Positions 12,031 to 24,294 of a stretch of 64,000 nucleotides of DNA are shown here, piece by piece. Both the position numbers and the translations under genes were made by a program. Each line of letters begins with the position of its first letter. The first letter of the stretch is position 1. The DNA comes from Felis catus. Taxonomy: Eukaryota. The stretch spans positions 6,326,001-6,390,000 of the forward strand of contig NC_058369.1 in the NCBI RefSeq assembly GCF_018350175.1, written 5' to 3'. A model generated the notes under the pieces. That model did no database searches, was not told the DNA's origin, and saw nothing but the letters and a program-made list of their open reading frames with translations.

Positions 12031-12533
12031 CCATCCTAGTGCCACAAGCTGAATCCTGACCCTGCTTACAGACTGAGCCTTGACTCTGATGTTGCACATT
12101 GAACTCTGATTTTGATGGCAGATTCTCTTCCCCCAGACTCCAGACATTGTCTCCAGGGGCCTCTGGTCACTGCTGCCTAGTATTCCCATCCATACTCCAA
12201 CCTCCAGTTGCCAAGACCAAACTCATTGTTTTCTTTCCTCCTATGTCCCTGTGGCAGGGTGACCGTACTATCTTCCCAGTGACCTGGCCAGAAACCTGGA
12301 GACCAGCCTTCCCTCCTCACTACCCCTCAGGACACCAAGTCCGGTCAATTTCATCTCCCTGACATTTCTCCACTCTATCATCTTTTCTTTTCTCTGCCAT
12401 TGTTTGAATTTCAGTCCCCGTTCTCTCCCTGCCCAACCACAATTCTTGTTGGGGTTTTCTCGCGCAAACAATGGTCAACCACAATTTCTACCCCGCTATT
12501 GCACTGTAATGCGTTTACTTGTTCCCTTCTCTC

Positions 12534-12741
12534 TTTTTTTAATGTTTATTTTTGAGAGACAGAGAGAGACAGAGAGTGAGTGGGGGAATGGCAGAGAGAG
12601 AGGGAGACACAGAATCTGAAGCAGGCTCCAGGCTCTGAGCTGTTAGCACAGAGCCCGACACGGGGCTTGAACCCACAAACCGTGAGATCATGACCTGAGC
12701 CGAAGTCAGATGGTTACTCGACTGAGCCACCCAGGTGCCCC
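12534..12741 (-). mobile_element. CanSINE
   Basis: Full length; flanking duplication tttacttgttcccttct. Confidence 0.93.
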
Positions 12742-12763
12742 ATTTACTTGTTCCCTTCTAAGC

Positions 12764-12956
12764 CAGGAGTTCCATGGGCTGTATCTGGTTCAACATCTGG
12801 TTTTATAAATAAAGTTTTATTAGCACAAGTCACGTCCATTTGTGTATGTATTATCTACGACTGCTTTCATGCTGTAACAGCAGAGTTCAATAGTTGCATC
12901 AGAGACCACGTGACCTTACTCTCTGGCACTTCAGAAAAAAAGCTTGCTGACCCCTG
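12764..12956 (+). mobile_element. MER58A-like hAT-Charlie element
   Basis: ataaagttttatt...ctgctttcatgct...gcagagtt...ttgctgacccctg signature. Confidence 0.8.
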
Positions 12957-13274
12957 CTGCAGCCCATGAGGTTCATGGGGGCAGGTACTATATCTGACCC
13001 GCTTTCACATCCCCAAGCCCCAAGTGGTAAAATCTTATGTGTATTAATCAGCTCCTGTATACCTTGCCTAGTGTTAAGCCTATCAGGTACTTTGCGTTCT
13101 TCTATCCTCATAAGCCCTTGAGTGCTCCCTTTACAAAAGAGGAAACTGAGGCTTAGAGAACTTGTCCTAGGTCATACCATACCGGTAAGAGGCAGAGTTG
13201 GATGTGAACCCAGGAACTTCTACCTCCAAAGCAGGGGTTTATAACCACCAGGCTATCCTGTGGTAAGCTGATGA

Positions 13275-13935
13275 AAGTATGGATGAGTGAATAAATGATT
13301 GGAAGGGTGGATGGTTGGATGGATGAGTGAATACATTGTTGGATAGGTGGATGGATGGTTAGATAGTTGGCTAGCTGGCTGGATGGCTGGATGAATGGAT
13401 AGTTGGTTGGCTGGATGGTTGGCTGGTTGGGTGGTTAGATGGTTATATAAATGGATTGATGGATGCTGGAATGCATGAATGAATGGATCCTTGGCTTCCT
13501 GGCTGTTTGGATGGATGGATGGGTAGATGGTTGGATGGGTGAATGGTTAGATGGTAAGATAGGTGGATGGTTATGTGGTTGGATGGATGGATGGTTAGAT
13601 GGTTGGATGGATGGATGGATGGCTAGTTGAATGGATGGATGATAAGATGGATGGACGAATGGGTGGATGGTTAGGTGAATGCATGCATGGATAGATGCAT
13701 GGTGGCATGAATGGATAGTTGGCTAGCTGGCTGGTTGGGTGGCTGGATACATGCATGCACAAATACATGGATGCATGGGTGGGTAGTTGGGTGGCTGGCT
13801 GATCGGATGGATGAATGATTAGATGGATGGATGGATCATTGGTTAGATGAATGTATGCATGGATGGATAGTTGGCTAGCTGGCTGGTTGGATGGATGCAT
13901 GGATATGTGGATGGATGGATAGTTGGGATAGATGG
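13275..13935. repeat. Degenerate (TGGA)n simple repeat
   Basis: Continuous ggat/ggtt/ggct variants. Confidence 0.93.
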
Positions 13936-16299
13936 GGTGGCAGTGTCCAGAGACAGCGAGGCATTCGTTACATTAAGGAAATGGCATTCTGAGGGGATGA
14001 GTGGGGGACGGGGAAGATGTAGATAGAAGGGGGGCAGGACAGAGTCAGAGAAGCCAGGCAAGAGGGAAACCCAGTTAAGGCACAGAATGTACTCATTACG
14101 GATTCGGTGAGGCAACTTCCCTGCAGGTCCTAACTACCCTTTCCCCAGCCTTGTTTCATTCCCCAAATCCAACCCTATCATTTTCCCAGGAAGTCCCATT
14201 AGGTGTCCAGATGGCCAGTTACAGAGCTTGAGAGGGGCACACAAAAAAGCCCCCTTCCTATGTATCTCCCTACTCCTCCCAGGGCTAAAGCCTGGAAGGA
14301 CATTGTGAGGAAAGACTCGACTCCCCAGCACCATGCTTCTCGCTAAGGAGCCTGGATTCAGGTTCCACCATTAGCCCCTGCAGCCCCAGCCATAAAAGGG
14401 TGTAAGAGTGACTGCTGGTTTCCTCAGCTCACTCCCCCACCTGCCAGCCTGTGAATCAGTCTCAATGTGCCTGGGCAGGAAGATGGGCCGGGCGGAGAGG
14501 CCAGGAGCGGGTGGAACTTCATAAGGATCTGGGTCCCAGACAGGGACTTTGGGGGGTCCATGGTTGATGCACTTGTTCTCTGGTATTGCCATCCACTGGT
14601 GGATTTAAAAGCCCTCCCCAGACCCTCCGGCTGCCCACACTGGCAGCTTTACCAGTCAGAACACAGCACAGAGGTAGCTCTGGGACAGAACTGTTTCCAG
14701 ATCCTGGCCCCTCCAGCATGCGCTTGCTATGTGACCTCGAGCAAAAGTCGCTCAGCCTCTCTCAACATCACGAGGGTTCAACAACGGGCGAGCAACTTCT
14801 ACCTTTCTGGCTATTCTTTTCTCGCGTCCCAATCTCCGGGCCTCCCTCTGTCTCCCCGGCCCCAGCCTCCAGGTCCTCTGATACTCCTGTCTCCTTCTTG
14901 ACCCAAGCAGGGTGCCTGGTACACATTAGGCCCTCAACCAGTCTGCGGAATGAATGAGCTAATGAATCTTCTCCCTGGCTTCCCCCCTGCATGAACACTC
15001 ACGGTCACCCTGGACAGGCACTTGGCTCATGCAGGTGACAGTGGAGGCTAAGCAGCGGACTGGAGTGGGCGAGGGTCGGGCAAAGGTGGGAGGCACGGGA
15101 GGAAGGACATCCAGGAGGCTCCTATCACACTGTCCCCCACACCCTGTGGCCCCTGATACTGGCTGGTTATCTTCAAGGGAAAACTCATCCTGAGATTTAA
15201 GGAGAAGCGTCTTTTTGCCAAAGCGATTCGCCCAGGCCTCGGGGGATATAATACAAGGGGCCTCTCCAGCCCCCACAGAAGTAAACTGAGGCCCCAGGAC
15301 CCGGGAGGGGACCGCCGCCAACCCCTTTCGTGTGTTGTGTTTGAGGGAGGTGTCTTCCAGAACCCCTCGGAGTCTCAAACCCCCTCTCTTTGGCTGCCTC
15401 CCTAGCTTCCATCCTGCCATCGCCCAGGAGCAAACAGCAGCAGGAACCCCCAGCCAGTCACCAGGGTGCCCCAAGGGAGTTCTGGGGTGGATTCTCGTTC
15501 TGCAAATTTACCTCCCGACACAAGGTCCTGGCTGACCCTGGGGAGACGGTTCCTCTGAAGTGACAAGGACCCCACAAGTCTGTGATGTTCTGTCGGGCCC
15601 CGGGGGACTAGGGATCATGGAATTTGGGGCCGGATCAGGCAGAGCCTGTGCCCCAGGCAAAGGAAAGGCTCCAGGCTGTCCAGGGAGCCCTGCTGGGGGC
15701 GGGGGGACATGCCTGCTGGCCACTGCCCGCCCCCTTACCTCTCTTGAAGGCCCACCGCTTCAGCCACCGCTTGGAGAGGGCTGGCCAGGAGTGGTTGAGC
15801 GCTGAGTTAGCCATGGGGGCCCACGCGCGCGAGAGTGGTGGGTGCACAGCAGGGGCTGAAGCAGGAGTTTGGCCGGGAAGCCCTGCCAGGATGGGGCTGC
15901 CAGCAAGAGGGGCGGAGACTGCCGCCAGGGGCGGCCAGATGCATCAGCTGATGGGAGCTTGGGGCCAGGGCAGGGGGGCAGGGGGGCAGGGGGGCCGGGG
16001 GGCCAGGGACTCCAGCCTGGGGGGGAAGGCCAAGCCCTGAGCACAAGCCCCCCTCACCCCTCCTCCATCTATAGGCGTCTCACCCTGGCCGGACTAGACA
16101 TTCCCAGGATGGGCCGAAGAAAACAGCACTGTGAGTGGTGGTGACATTGGGGTCCTCAGAAGACAAGTTTAGACTGGGTCCTGAGGTGAGCTTGGGTGTG
16201 TGTGTGTGTGTGTGTGTGCACCACTGGCTGTGATTTTGACCCTGCGTTTGTGAGTCTGCACACAGAGTGTGTATTTTCACATCTGTGCGTGTGTGTGTG

Positions 16300-16717
16300 T
16301 GTTTAAGTTTTATTTATTTAAGTAATCTGTACATCCCCCGTGGGGCTCGAACCCACGACCCTGAGATCAAAGTCACACACTCTTCCAGCCGAGCCAGCCA
16401 GGCGCCCCTGTGAGTGTGTGTTTGAGGGCAAATCTTGGGTGTCAAGTTGCCCATGTGGGGGTGAATAGGAACATCTGGGTGGTTCTCCCCCCAGCGTTTT
16501 GTTTTTTTAAGTTTATTTATTTATTTTGAGAGAAAGCGAGAGAGAGTGTGAGTTGGGGGGGGGGGGCAGAGAGAGAGAGGGAGAGAGAGAATCCCAAGCA
16601 GGCTCTGTGCCATCAGTTCAGAGCCCAACTCGGGGCTTGAACTCCTGAGCCATGAGATCATGACCTGAGCAGAAATCAGGAGTCGGGCGCTTAAGCGACT
16701 GAGCCCCCCAGGCGCCC
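16300..16717 (-). mobile_element. Short and full CanSINE copies
   Basis: Heads near 16409 and 16717. Confidence 0.88.
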
Positions 16718-16724
16718 TTCCCCC

Positions 16725-17232
16725 AGTTTTATTGAAATATAATGGACCCACGGCACCTTGTGCTTTTAAAGCACACGGGATAATGACTGGACTTTCATAT
16801 ACTGTGGAATGACCACAACACATTTCGCTAACTTCCATCACCTCATTTAGATGCAAAAAAAAAAAAAAAAAAATCTTTTTTTTCCTTGTGATGAGAACTC
16901 TTAGTTTCTACTCTCTTAGCAGCGGCGTTAACGCTGGTCACCACGCTGTGCGCATCACATCCCCAGGACTTAACTTATCTTGTCACTGGAAGTTGGTCCC
17001 TTTTGAGCCCCTTCCTCCAGTTCCTCCCCCCACCCCCACCCCCTGCCTCTGGAAGCCAGAAATCCAATCTCTTTTTCTATGGGTTTGGTTGCCGTTTTCA
17101 GATTCCACGTTTAAGTGAGATCATACAGCATTTGCCTTTCTCTGTCTGACTTATTCACTTAGCATAGTGTCCTCGGAGTCCATCCATGTTGTCCCAAGTG
17201 GCAGGACCTCCTTTTTTATAGCTGAATATTGT
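16725..17232 (-). mobile_element. L1 3'-end fragment
   Basis: ttcagattccacgtttaagtgagatcatacagcatttgcctttctctgtctgacttattcacttagcat. Confidence 0.85.
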
Positions 17233-17954
17233 TTTTTAAAAAAACCCCTGCGATCCGGTGTGTGTGCCTGAAGGCCGGATGGTATCTGTGGGGTTGGATG
17301 TACAAGGCTCACCTGGGACCTGGGGAAATCTGCTTCTGTTACCTGGTCCCTGCCCGGGTTCCTGCGTGTCCGCGCGCGGTTGTGTACGTGTGAGTCGGCT
17401 GCGTGGGCTTTGCGTGCGAGGTCAGGTGTGCGGGCTCCGGTCAGCGCGCGTGGCCGTGCCGGTGCTGCCCCCTGGTGGTGGGGCCTCCCTACTGCACCCT
17501 CGCTCCCTGCGTCTGAAAAATCCTTTGTTCCCTGCTGACCCCCTCCCCCCGGCTCCCCAGATCCTTTCTGTGACCTCCCAGCCCCAAACTACTGTCACTG
17601 GTGAGAGGACCAAGGCTTTCTTCTTTCTGGAGTCCTGGCCCGCTGCCGCCCCCTCAGAGGAAAAGGCTGTCTGTCACTCCTCTCTTCAGTGACCCTCTGT
17701 CCCCTCCCTTCCCGAAGGGTTATCTGCACGCCTGCCTTTGCCTCCTGACACCCGCTTGAGTGTCTTCTAGAAGACCCCTCCAGTCTTCTAGATCTCTCGG
17801 GGGACTAATTCCAATGGGAGAGTTTCCAGCCTCACCTTTCCTGACCCCTTCTTTCTTGAACGCCCCTCCCCCACCCCACGCCCCAAGCTTCTCCTTCCTG
17901 TTTCGTCCTACAGTTTCCCTTCTGCCTTGGCTATCTTCCTTTCTCTGTCTGGCC

Positions 17955-18154
17955 TTTTTTTTTTAAATTTTATTTTTAAGTTTATTTATTTTGAGAGAGA
18001 AAGAGAGACAGTGCAAGTGGGGGAGAGGCAGAGAGAGAGGGGGAGAGACAGACTCCCAAGCAGGTTCCTCAGGGTCAGCGCAGAACCCGTGAACCGTGAG
18101 ATCGTGACCTGAGCCAAAGTCGGACACGTAACTGACTGAGCCACCCAGGCGCCC
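17955..18154 (-). mobile_element. CanSINE with an internal deletion (B box missing)
   Basis: cagcgcagaacccgtgaaccgtgagatcg skips the ggggctcgaac segment. Confidence 0.85.
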
Positions 18155-19826
18155 CTCTCTGTCTGACCTTTAAACTCTGCCCTTGGCCATCACGTGCCCT
18201 CCTCCCCATCTGCACATCCCTCGGGAGGTCAGCTCTCATAGTGTGAGTAGGTGACCGCACATCTTCCGCTCGCGGAAAGATACAAAAACACCCACACTTT
18301 GCACAGCAGCACCCAGCGCCCTCCAGCACACGCGGACAATGGCGGACACACGCGCACTCAGTTATACGCAGACGGCCAGGCTCGTCCGTGGAAACCCGGA
18401 GAATGGCCCGCGGAGCCGAGCTGCGGTTTGAATGCCCCTGCTCCCGCCACACACGTTTCCCTGCACGGGCTGCGGACGCCTCTCGGGGCTCCCCGATCTC
18501 CGGGGGGTGGGCAGGTGGGAGGACTTTCTGTGGGTGCTGAAGCCCCGCCCCCCCCCCCCCCCCCCCCGAGGGGCCAGCCAGCCTCAGGCGGAGGCCAAGG
18601 CCGGGTTTGCCATTTCTGCTTGGCCCTCTCTCACCAGAGCCCAGCCTGCGGAGATGGCAGAGACTGGGGTCCGCCATCAGTCTCTCTCTTTTAGGCGTGA
18701 CTTAGAAAGTGTCTAGACGCACACCTGTCCGGGCCCCGCTCAGGAAAACAAGGCTCTGGGTCCGGCAGGCTGAGCTCCTACTGTGCTTCTTGAGCTCCTA
18801 CTGTGCGCCCGGCACCGTGCTAAGATTCACATGCAAGGCCTGGGACACCCTTTGGCCCGGTGAACAAATAGGGCCAGAGCTGCTTGGTGGTCACGCCTCG
18901 GTCCTCAGAACATCGGGCGATTGAGCCAGCGGAACACCCTGGGGAATGCGCCCCCTGAGCGTGGCATTCAAGGCCTTCCCCTTGTGCCCTCAGCCTAACT
19001 CACCAGCTCCGTCCTCCCGGGCCCCAGCTCTCCCCTCCAAGTTCACTCCCTCCCGGTTCTCCTGGGCCACCAGACCGACCCCACGGTGCCTGAAGACTGA
19101 AGCCGCCTGCAGGCTGGGCAGCCCCGGGGCTGGGCGGAAGCAGGCCTGGGTGTGCCCTGCTCGAACCGCAGCCCTCTTCCCCCCTCGGCCCCACCCCGAG
19201 GCGGGCGGATGTGAGGCTCCCCAAGGTGGGCCTTGCTGGGAGCCAGGGGGCGCCTCCCGGGGTCAGAGCTCTGACCTGGAGGGCGTCCCGGGAGCGGCAT
19301 CCTCCTCCTCCTCAGAGGACCTGGGAAGACGGGGGTGGGCCCAGCTCACGACTGCCATCGGCCTTAAGAGGCAGCGTTTGTTTTGAAAGTCAGACGCCTG
19401 AGCCCCAATCTTTGGATGCTGCTTCAGGGAGGTCCGTGGGGGCCCCCGCGATCCGGTTTAGGAAGCGAAGTCCGCCCGGGTGGGGACTCTGCCCCAGGGA
19501 GCACCCTCATTGACCCCCTGTCTGTGTCCCTTAAGCAGGCTTTGGCTACAAGGGGGCTCTATCTTCTCGTCTTGTCGGCTGCACGTGTCGTGGACCCCAG
19601 GCCCCGGTGGGGGGTGACCTTTTGGGGGCACAGACCTCTGCAGAACAGACAGGCGGGTCAAACGGTCATCCCCGCCCACTCAGGAAGCAGGCTGGCGGGA
19701 AGGTGGAGGGAAACAACCTGTGATGTCTCTGCTGCCCCTCAGGACCCTGCCTCCCCCCCCCCCCCGCCACTGCCACTCTGTCTCTGTTGGTCACTGGTCC
19801 CCCAGGCCCCCGTGAAGGTCACTCAC

Positions 19827-20130
19827 CAGAGAGAGGCTTGTCCTCGCTGCCGTGGGTACCCAGCCCGGCTACCAGCTCCTGTGGCCCCCACGACCCATGG
19901 CTAAGGCTTCCCGGCGGCCCATGGGGAGCACTGGTGGGGCCCTCGGGAACCGCAGGGTGACCCAACTCTGCCTCAGCTTCCTCTTTCTCAACCGCCTGCC
20001 CGCCTTCCCGGTGCCTCTGTGGACCCCAGCCTTGGGCGGAGGCAGGGGTCTGAGGACAGCCCAGGCCAGGTTCTAGAAGCAGGGAGCCTCCCCGGCCGCA
20101 CAGCTGGAGCACCCTGAGAAGTGGGGTGGG
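19827..20130 (-). other. ARHGEF18: Probable first exon of long ARHGEF18 (5' boundary approximate)
   Basis: Donor CTG|GTGAGT at 19826; unique GC-rich sequence about 12.4 kb upstream of exon 2; ETS-type motifs just upstream. Confidence 0.6.
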
Positions 20131-20365
20131 GAGCAGGGCGGGGAGTCTCAGCAGCCTCGCCCCCACCCCAGCGGCTTCCTGTGGAACCAACTGCCGAAGA
20201 GGAACGGGGTGCCAGGGCCTCACCCGGGCACACGGGTGCACAGAGGTGCACAGGGCACACGGATCTTGTATGCACAGAGACACGGGTGCTCCGATCCCCA
20301 GGGACCCGCACTGGCTCCTGCGTGGGGACCCACGGGGTCACATGGACACACGGAGCGACCTGGCT

Positions 20366-20565
20366 CCCTGTGGTGTTCTGGTAAATGTTTAACAACCACC
20401 TCTCCGGCAGAGAGAGAGGGAGAGAGAGAAGCCCTGATGCGTATGCAGCATGTGCTGACTCCTGTGGTGTAAATACACCCCCCGTAGCTGATTTCAACAC
20501 CGACCTGATGCACTGAGCGTCCAGTCGGGAGGAAACGCTCAGACACGGCTCCAGAGTGTCACTGG
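20366..20565. mobile_element. MER63A-like hAT element
   Basis: Begins cctgtggtgttctggtaaatgtttaacaacc and ends ggctccagagtgtcactgg. Confidence 0.75.
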
Positions 20566-21055
20566 AGTGGGTACTTGGGCACGAGGTGTCCTCAGAGACA
20601 CGGGCCCCCTCGCGCATGGGTGTGTAGATACCCGCAGGTCCGGGGAGACTCGGTGGGGGGTGGAGAGAGAGCAGTGCACCTGCAGAGACCCCTGGGTGCA
20701 CGCAGGGCTCAGCTCACCCAGGCTCTTACACGCAGACACCGGGGGGTCCACGGGCACATGCACGGGTGTGACCACAACATGATGAATGGGGCCACGCGGA
20801 ACCGTGTGCCGGCACGCGGGAGCGCCCACCCGGAGGCCGGAGAGGGGCCCGTGAGGAGACCGGCTCCCAGAGCCCCTTGTTATGTGTTCTGGAAGTTTAC
20901 AGGCTGCCTGTTAACTGCTGTCATCCTAAAACATTTAATTATATAAACTTGCAGATACAGAAATCATGTTAAGAATGAAAGTACTGACCACTCAAACCCA
21001 GTACCGTACCGTGTGCCTGAGGCCACTGGACTGCGTGCTTAGAAATGGTTAAAGT

Positions 21056-21291
21056 GGGGGCGCCTGGGTGGCCAAAGGCGGCTGAGCGTCCGACTCTTGG
21101 TTTTGGCTCTGGTCACGATCTCACAGGTTGTGGGTTCGAGCCCCACACCCGGCTCCACGCTGACAGTTCGGAGCCTGCTTGGGATTCTCTCTCTCTCTCT
21201 CTCTCTCTCTCCCTCCTTGTCTCTCTGACCCTCCCCGCTCACGCGCTCTTCCTCTCTCAAAATAAATACATACATAAATAATCGAAAAAAA
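21056..21291 (+). mobile_element. CanSINE
   Basis: Flanking duplication ggttaaagtg. Confidence 0.9.
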
Positions 21292-22924
21292 GGTTAAAGT
21301 GCTAAATTTTACGTCATGTGGCTTTGCCGTAGTAAAATGAAGACATTCAGCCCCTCCCTAATTGTCTCGCTTCGTTATTCTCTCATCCGGGGCCGTGGAG
21401 GTCGTTTGTGGCGACCGAGCCTCCCTGGGGAAAATGCTGGAGAGTGGCGCGCCCTCGTGCGCGTCTTTCCAAGCCCGAGCTCGCCATGCTGGTACCTGGA
21501 ACCGGGCCACGGTGACAAACGTGGATGCTGCGGGGACCAGCAAACACAGCTTGGTGCTCTCTAGCTGGTCAGACCCTGTCCCGCCCACAGGCTGCACACG
21601 TGTGGCTCTGCGGGCGCTCGCACGGGGCGCAACAGGCCCGTGGACCCCTAGAAACGTGAAGCTGCCGGGACACGGCCGGAGAGGGCCACCCGTGGAGACA
21701 CTCACACACCCGTTGCCAGGTGAGTCCCCCAAAGCCCAAACACACAAACCCCGGCTGGCCCAGGGCCCCGCACCCAGCACGCGACCGACCGCAGAAACAT
21801 ACAAACACGAGACGCACACAGGACACGAGGAGGCAGGGAAGCACACAGAGTCACGTGCACAACACGTTCTGTCGCCATCGAGTGTGTCCTTAATGCAACA
21901 CGCATTTATTGAGCGCCTACTGTGTGCTGGGTCTTTTTGTAGGCGGGGGATTACGGGGACGAGGCAGGCACAACCCTCTGGAGCCCTGGAGGCAGATTGT
22001 GAGCCAGGAAACAGACACCGCCTCCCCGCTCCCCCCCCCCCCCCCCCACATAATTGGAGATGGCATTGATTGCCGTGAAAGGAAGCAGACATTGTGATGC
22101 GACAGAGGGTGGGTGGGGGAGGTGGCTGCAAGAGCCAGGGTGTGTCTGGAAGGCCACGGGAGCTGAGACCTGAGTGCCCAGAAGGGGCCAGGCGTGTAAA
22201 CGAAAATCTGGGGAAGGACACTCCCCGAGGCAGGAGGCGCAGGGGCAAAGGCTGGGAGGCAGGACTGAGTTTCCTGTGTCGCGAGTGTCTGTGTGGCCAA
22301 CGTGGGGCCGGAGGGGCACAGGCTGGCAGTGCTCAGACCACCCCCCCAGACCGTAAGCATGACGGATGGGCATCATCGGAGGGGCAGGGAAGGGAGCTTG
22401 GGGACAAGACGGCTCAGAGGGTGCAGGAGCCCCAGAGACCCACACAGACGCCATCACTGGGTGGTCCTAGGAGGGAAGGTGGGTCTACAGGCCTTTGCCT
22501 GGAGGGGAGGGGTCTGCTTTCTCTGTCCCTGCCTTGCTTCATGTCTCCCTGTCGCTCCAGTCTCTTCCCCACCTCCTTGTCTCTCTGTCTCTCTTCTTGT
22601 CTCTCTGCTTCTTCTTCTGGGCTCCCCCCCCCCCCCCCCGCCAGGATTTCAATTCTCTCAGGCCTCTCTCCCTCCCAGCCTCCCTGTCCTGCTCTCTCTG
22701 TGTGGTCCAATCGCTAGAGAAAGCTGTCCCCGCTCTCAGTGCTCGATCCCTCGCCCCCTGCGCTGGCCACCGTCGTCACCGCCCTCCTCCCACTGCTGAG
22801 GTCCCTGGTGGCCTCCTGGACGCTGACCCCTCAGCTGTGTGTCCCTGGCTCTCCTGCCCCTCCACTACCCTGTGTCACCTCCAGGGAGGTCCCCTCTGCT
22901 TGCACTACCCTTTTCTGCTGTCTC

Positions 22925-23579
22925 TGCTGGTAAAATACACATAAAGTAACATTTACTATGGTATCGGCACAAAAACAAGACACACAGATCAACGGAACAG
23001 GACAGAGAATCCAGAAATGGACCCACAAATGTATGGCCGGCTCTAACCATCTCCAAGTGCACAGCTCGGTGGCATCGAGCACATTTTCATTCTTTTGCAA
23101 CCACCCCCACCATCCACCTCCAGAATTTTCTCACCTTCCCAAATGGAGACTCTGTCCCCATGAAACACTAAACTCCCCACCCCCTTCCCAGCCGCTGGTG
23201 TCTCGTATTTGACTTTCTGTGTCCCTGAATTTGCCTGGACTGGGTACCTCGTGAATGGAGCGAAACGCTGTTTGTCCGTGTGTAGCTGGGTTTTTTTTTT
23301 TTTTTTTCATTTTTTTTTAATGTTTATTTTTGAGAGACAGAGAGAGACAGAGTGTGAGCGGGTGAGGGGCAGAGAGAGGGGGAGACACAGAATCCAAAAC
23401 AGGCTCCAGGCTCCGAGCTGTCAGCACAGAGCCCAACACGGGCTCGAACTCACAGACTGTGAGATCATGACCTGAGTGAAGTCGGACGCTTAGCCAACTG
23501 AGCCACCCAGGCCCCCCTTTTGTAGCTGGTTTATTTCCCGGCCCTCAGGGTTCACCCACGTTGTAGCAAGTGCCAGAAT

Positions 23580-23624
<45 letters not shown>

Positions 23625-23770
23625 GCTGAATAATACTGCGTTGTGTGGCTGGACCCATTTTGTTTATCCGTTCATCTGTCCGTGGACATTTAGGAGGTTT
23701 CCACCTTTTGGCCATCGTGAATAATGATGCTACGAGCATGCGTGTGCAAATATCTGTTTGGATCCCTCAA
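22925..23770. mobile_element. L1 fragments: a short + ORF2 piece, then a - 3' end with an inserted SINE (23290-23517)
   Basis: atggtatcggcac...cagagaatccagaaat (ORF2) followed by antisense L1 3' UTR motifs. Confidence 0.7.
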
Positions 23771-24294
23771 AGAGATGAATTCCCCAGTTTTAGGCGGGGG
23801 GAAATGAACCCATTCAGCTTTTAGCTTTAGGAGGTGGCTTTCTTCCGACGGCAGCTGCTATCTCTGTAGTGACCACCAGAGGAGAGTGCTTCTCCAGGGC
23901 TCCTCTGGACAAGCTGGGACCACAGCCAGCCGAAAAAACCCAAACGCCAGGCTGGGAATTCAACACCCACTACCGAAGGGTGGGGCCCCCGCCTGAGCCA
24001 GTGAGGGACGTGGGTCTGGGACACAGGTGGCTGTCTCCCTTTCCTCCTCTCACTTTTGATAGAGACGTGGTTGACTGAGATAGTTTCTGTGCTGCAAGGA
24101 AAAAAAAAATCCAGCTGGGCTAGACAGCAGATGTAAAAAAACAAACAAAAACCTCAAAGTAATAGAAATTGTAGAAGGAACTTATAAGGCAATTTCTACA
24201 ACTTTGGGTTGAAAAGCTGCTTTTTAAAAAAAAAAAATTTTTTTAAACTAAGAAAGGAAGCTCAGAAGGCTTGAATAAAAAGACAGAAATATCT

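Noticed and set aside
21358..22248. 296-aa and 235-aa opposing ORFs
   Set aside because: GC-rich, run through L2-like tail and poly(C) sequence, no domain; only the internal exon-like segment was kept as a finding.
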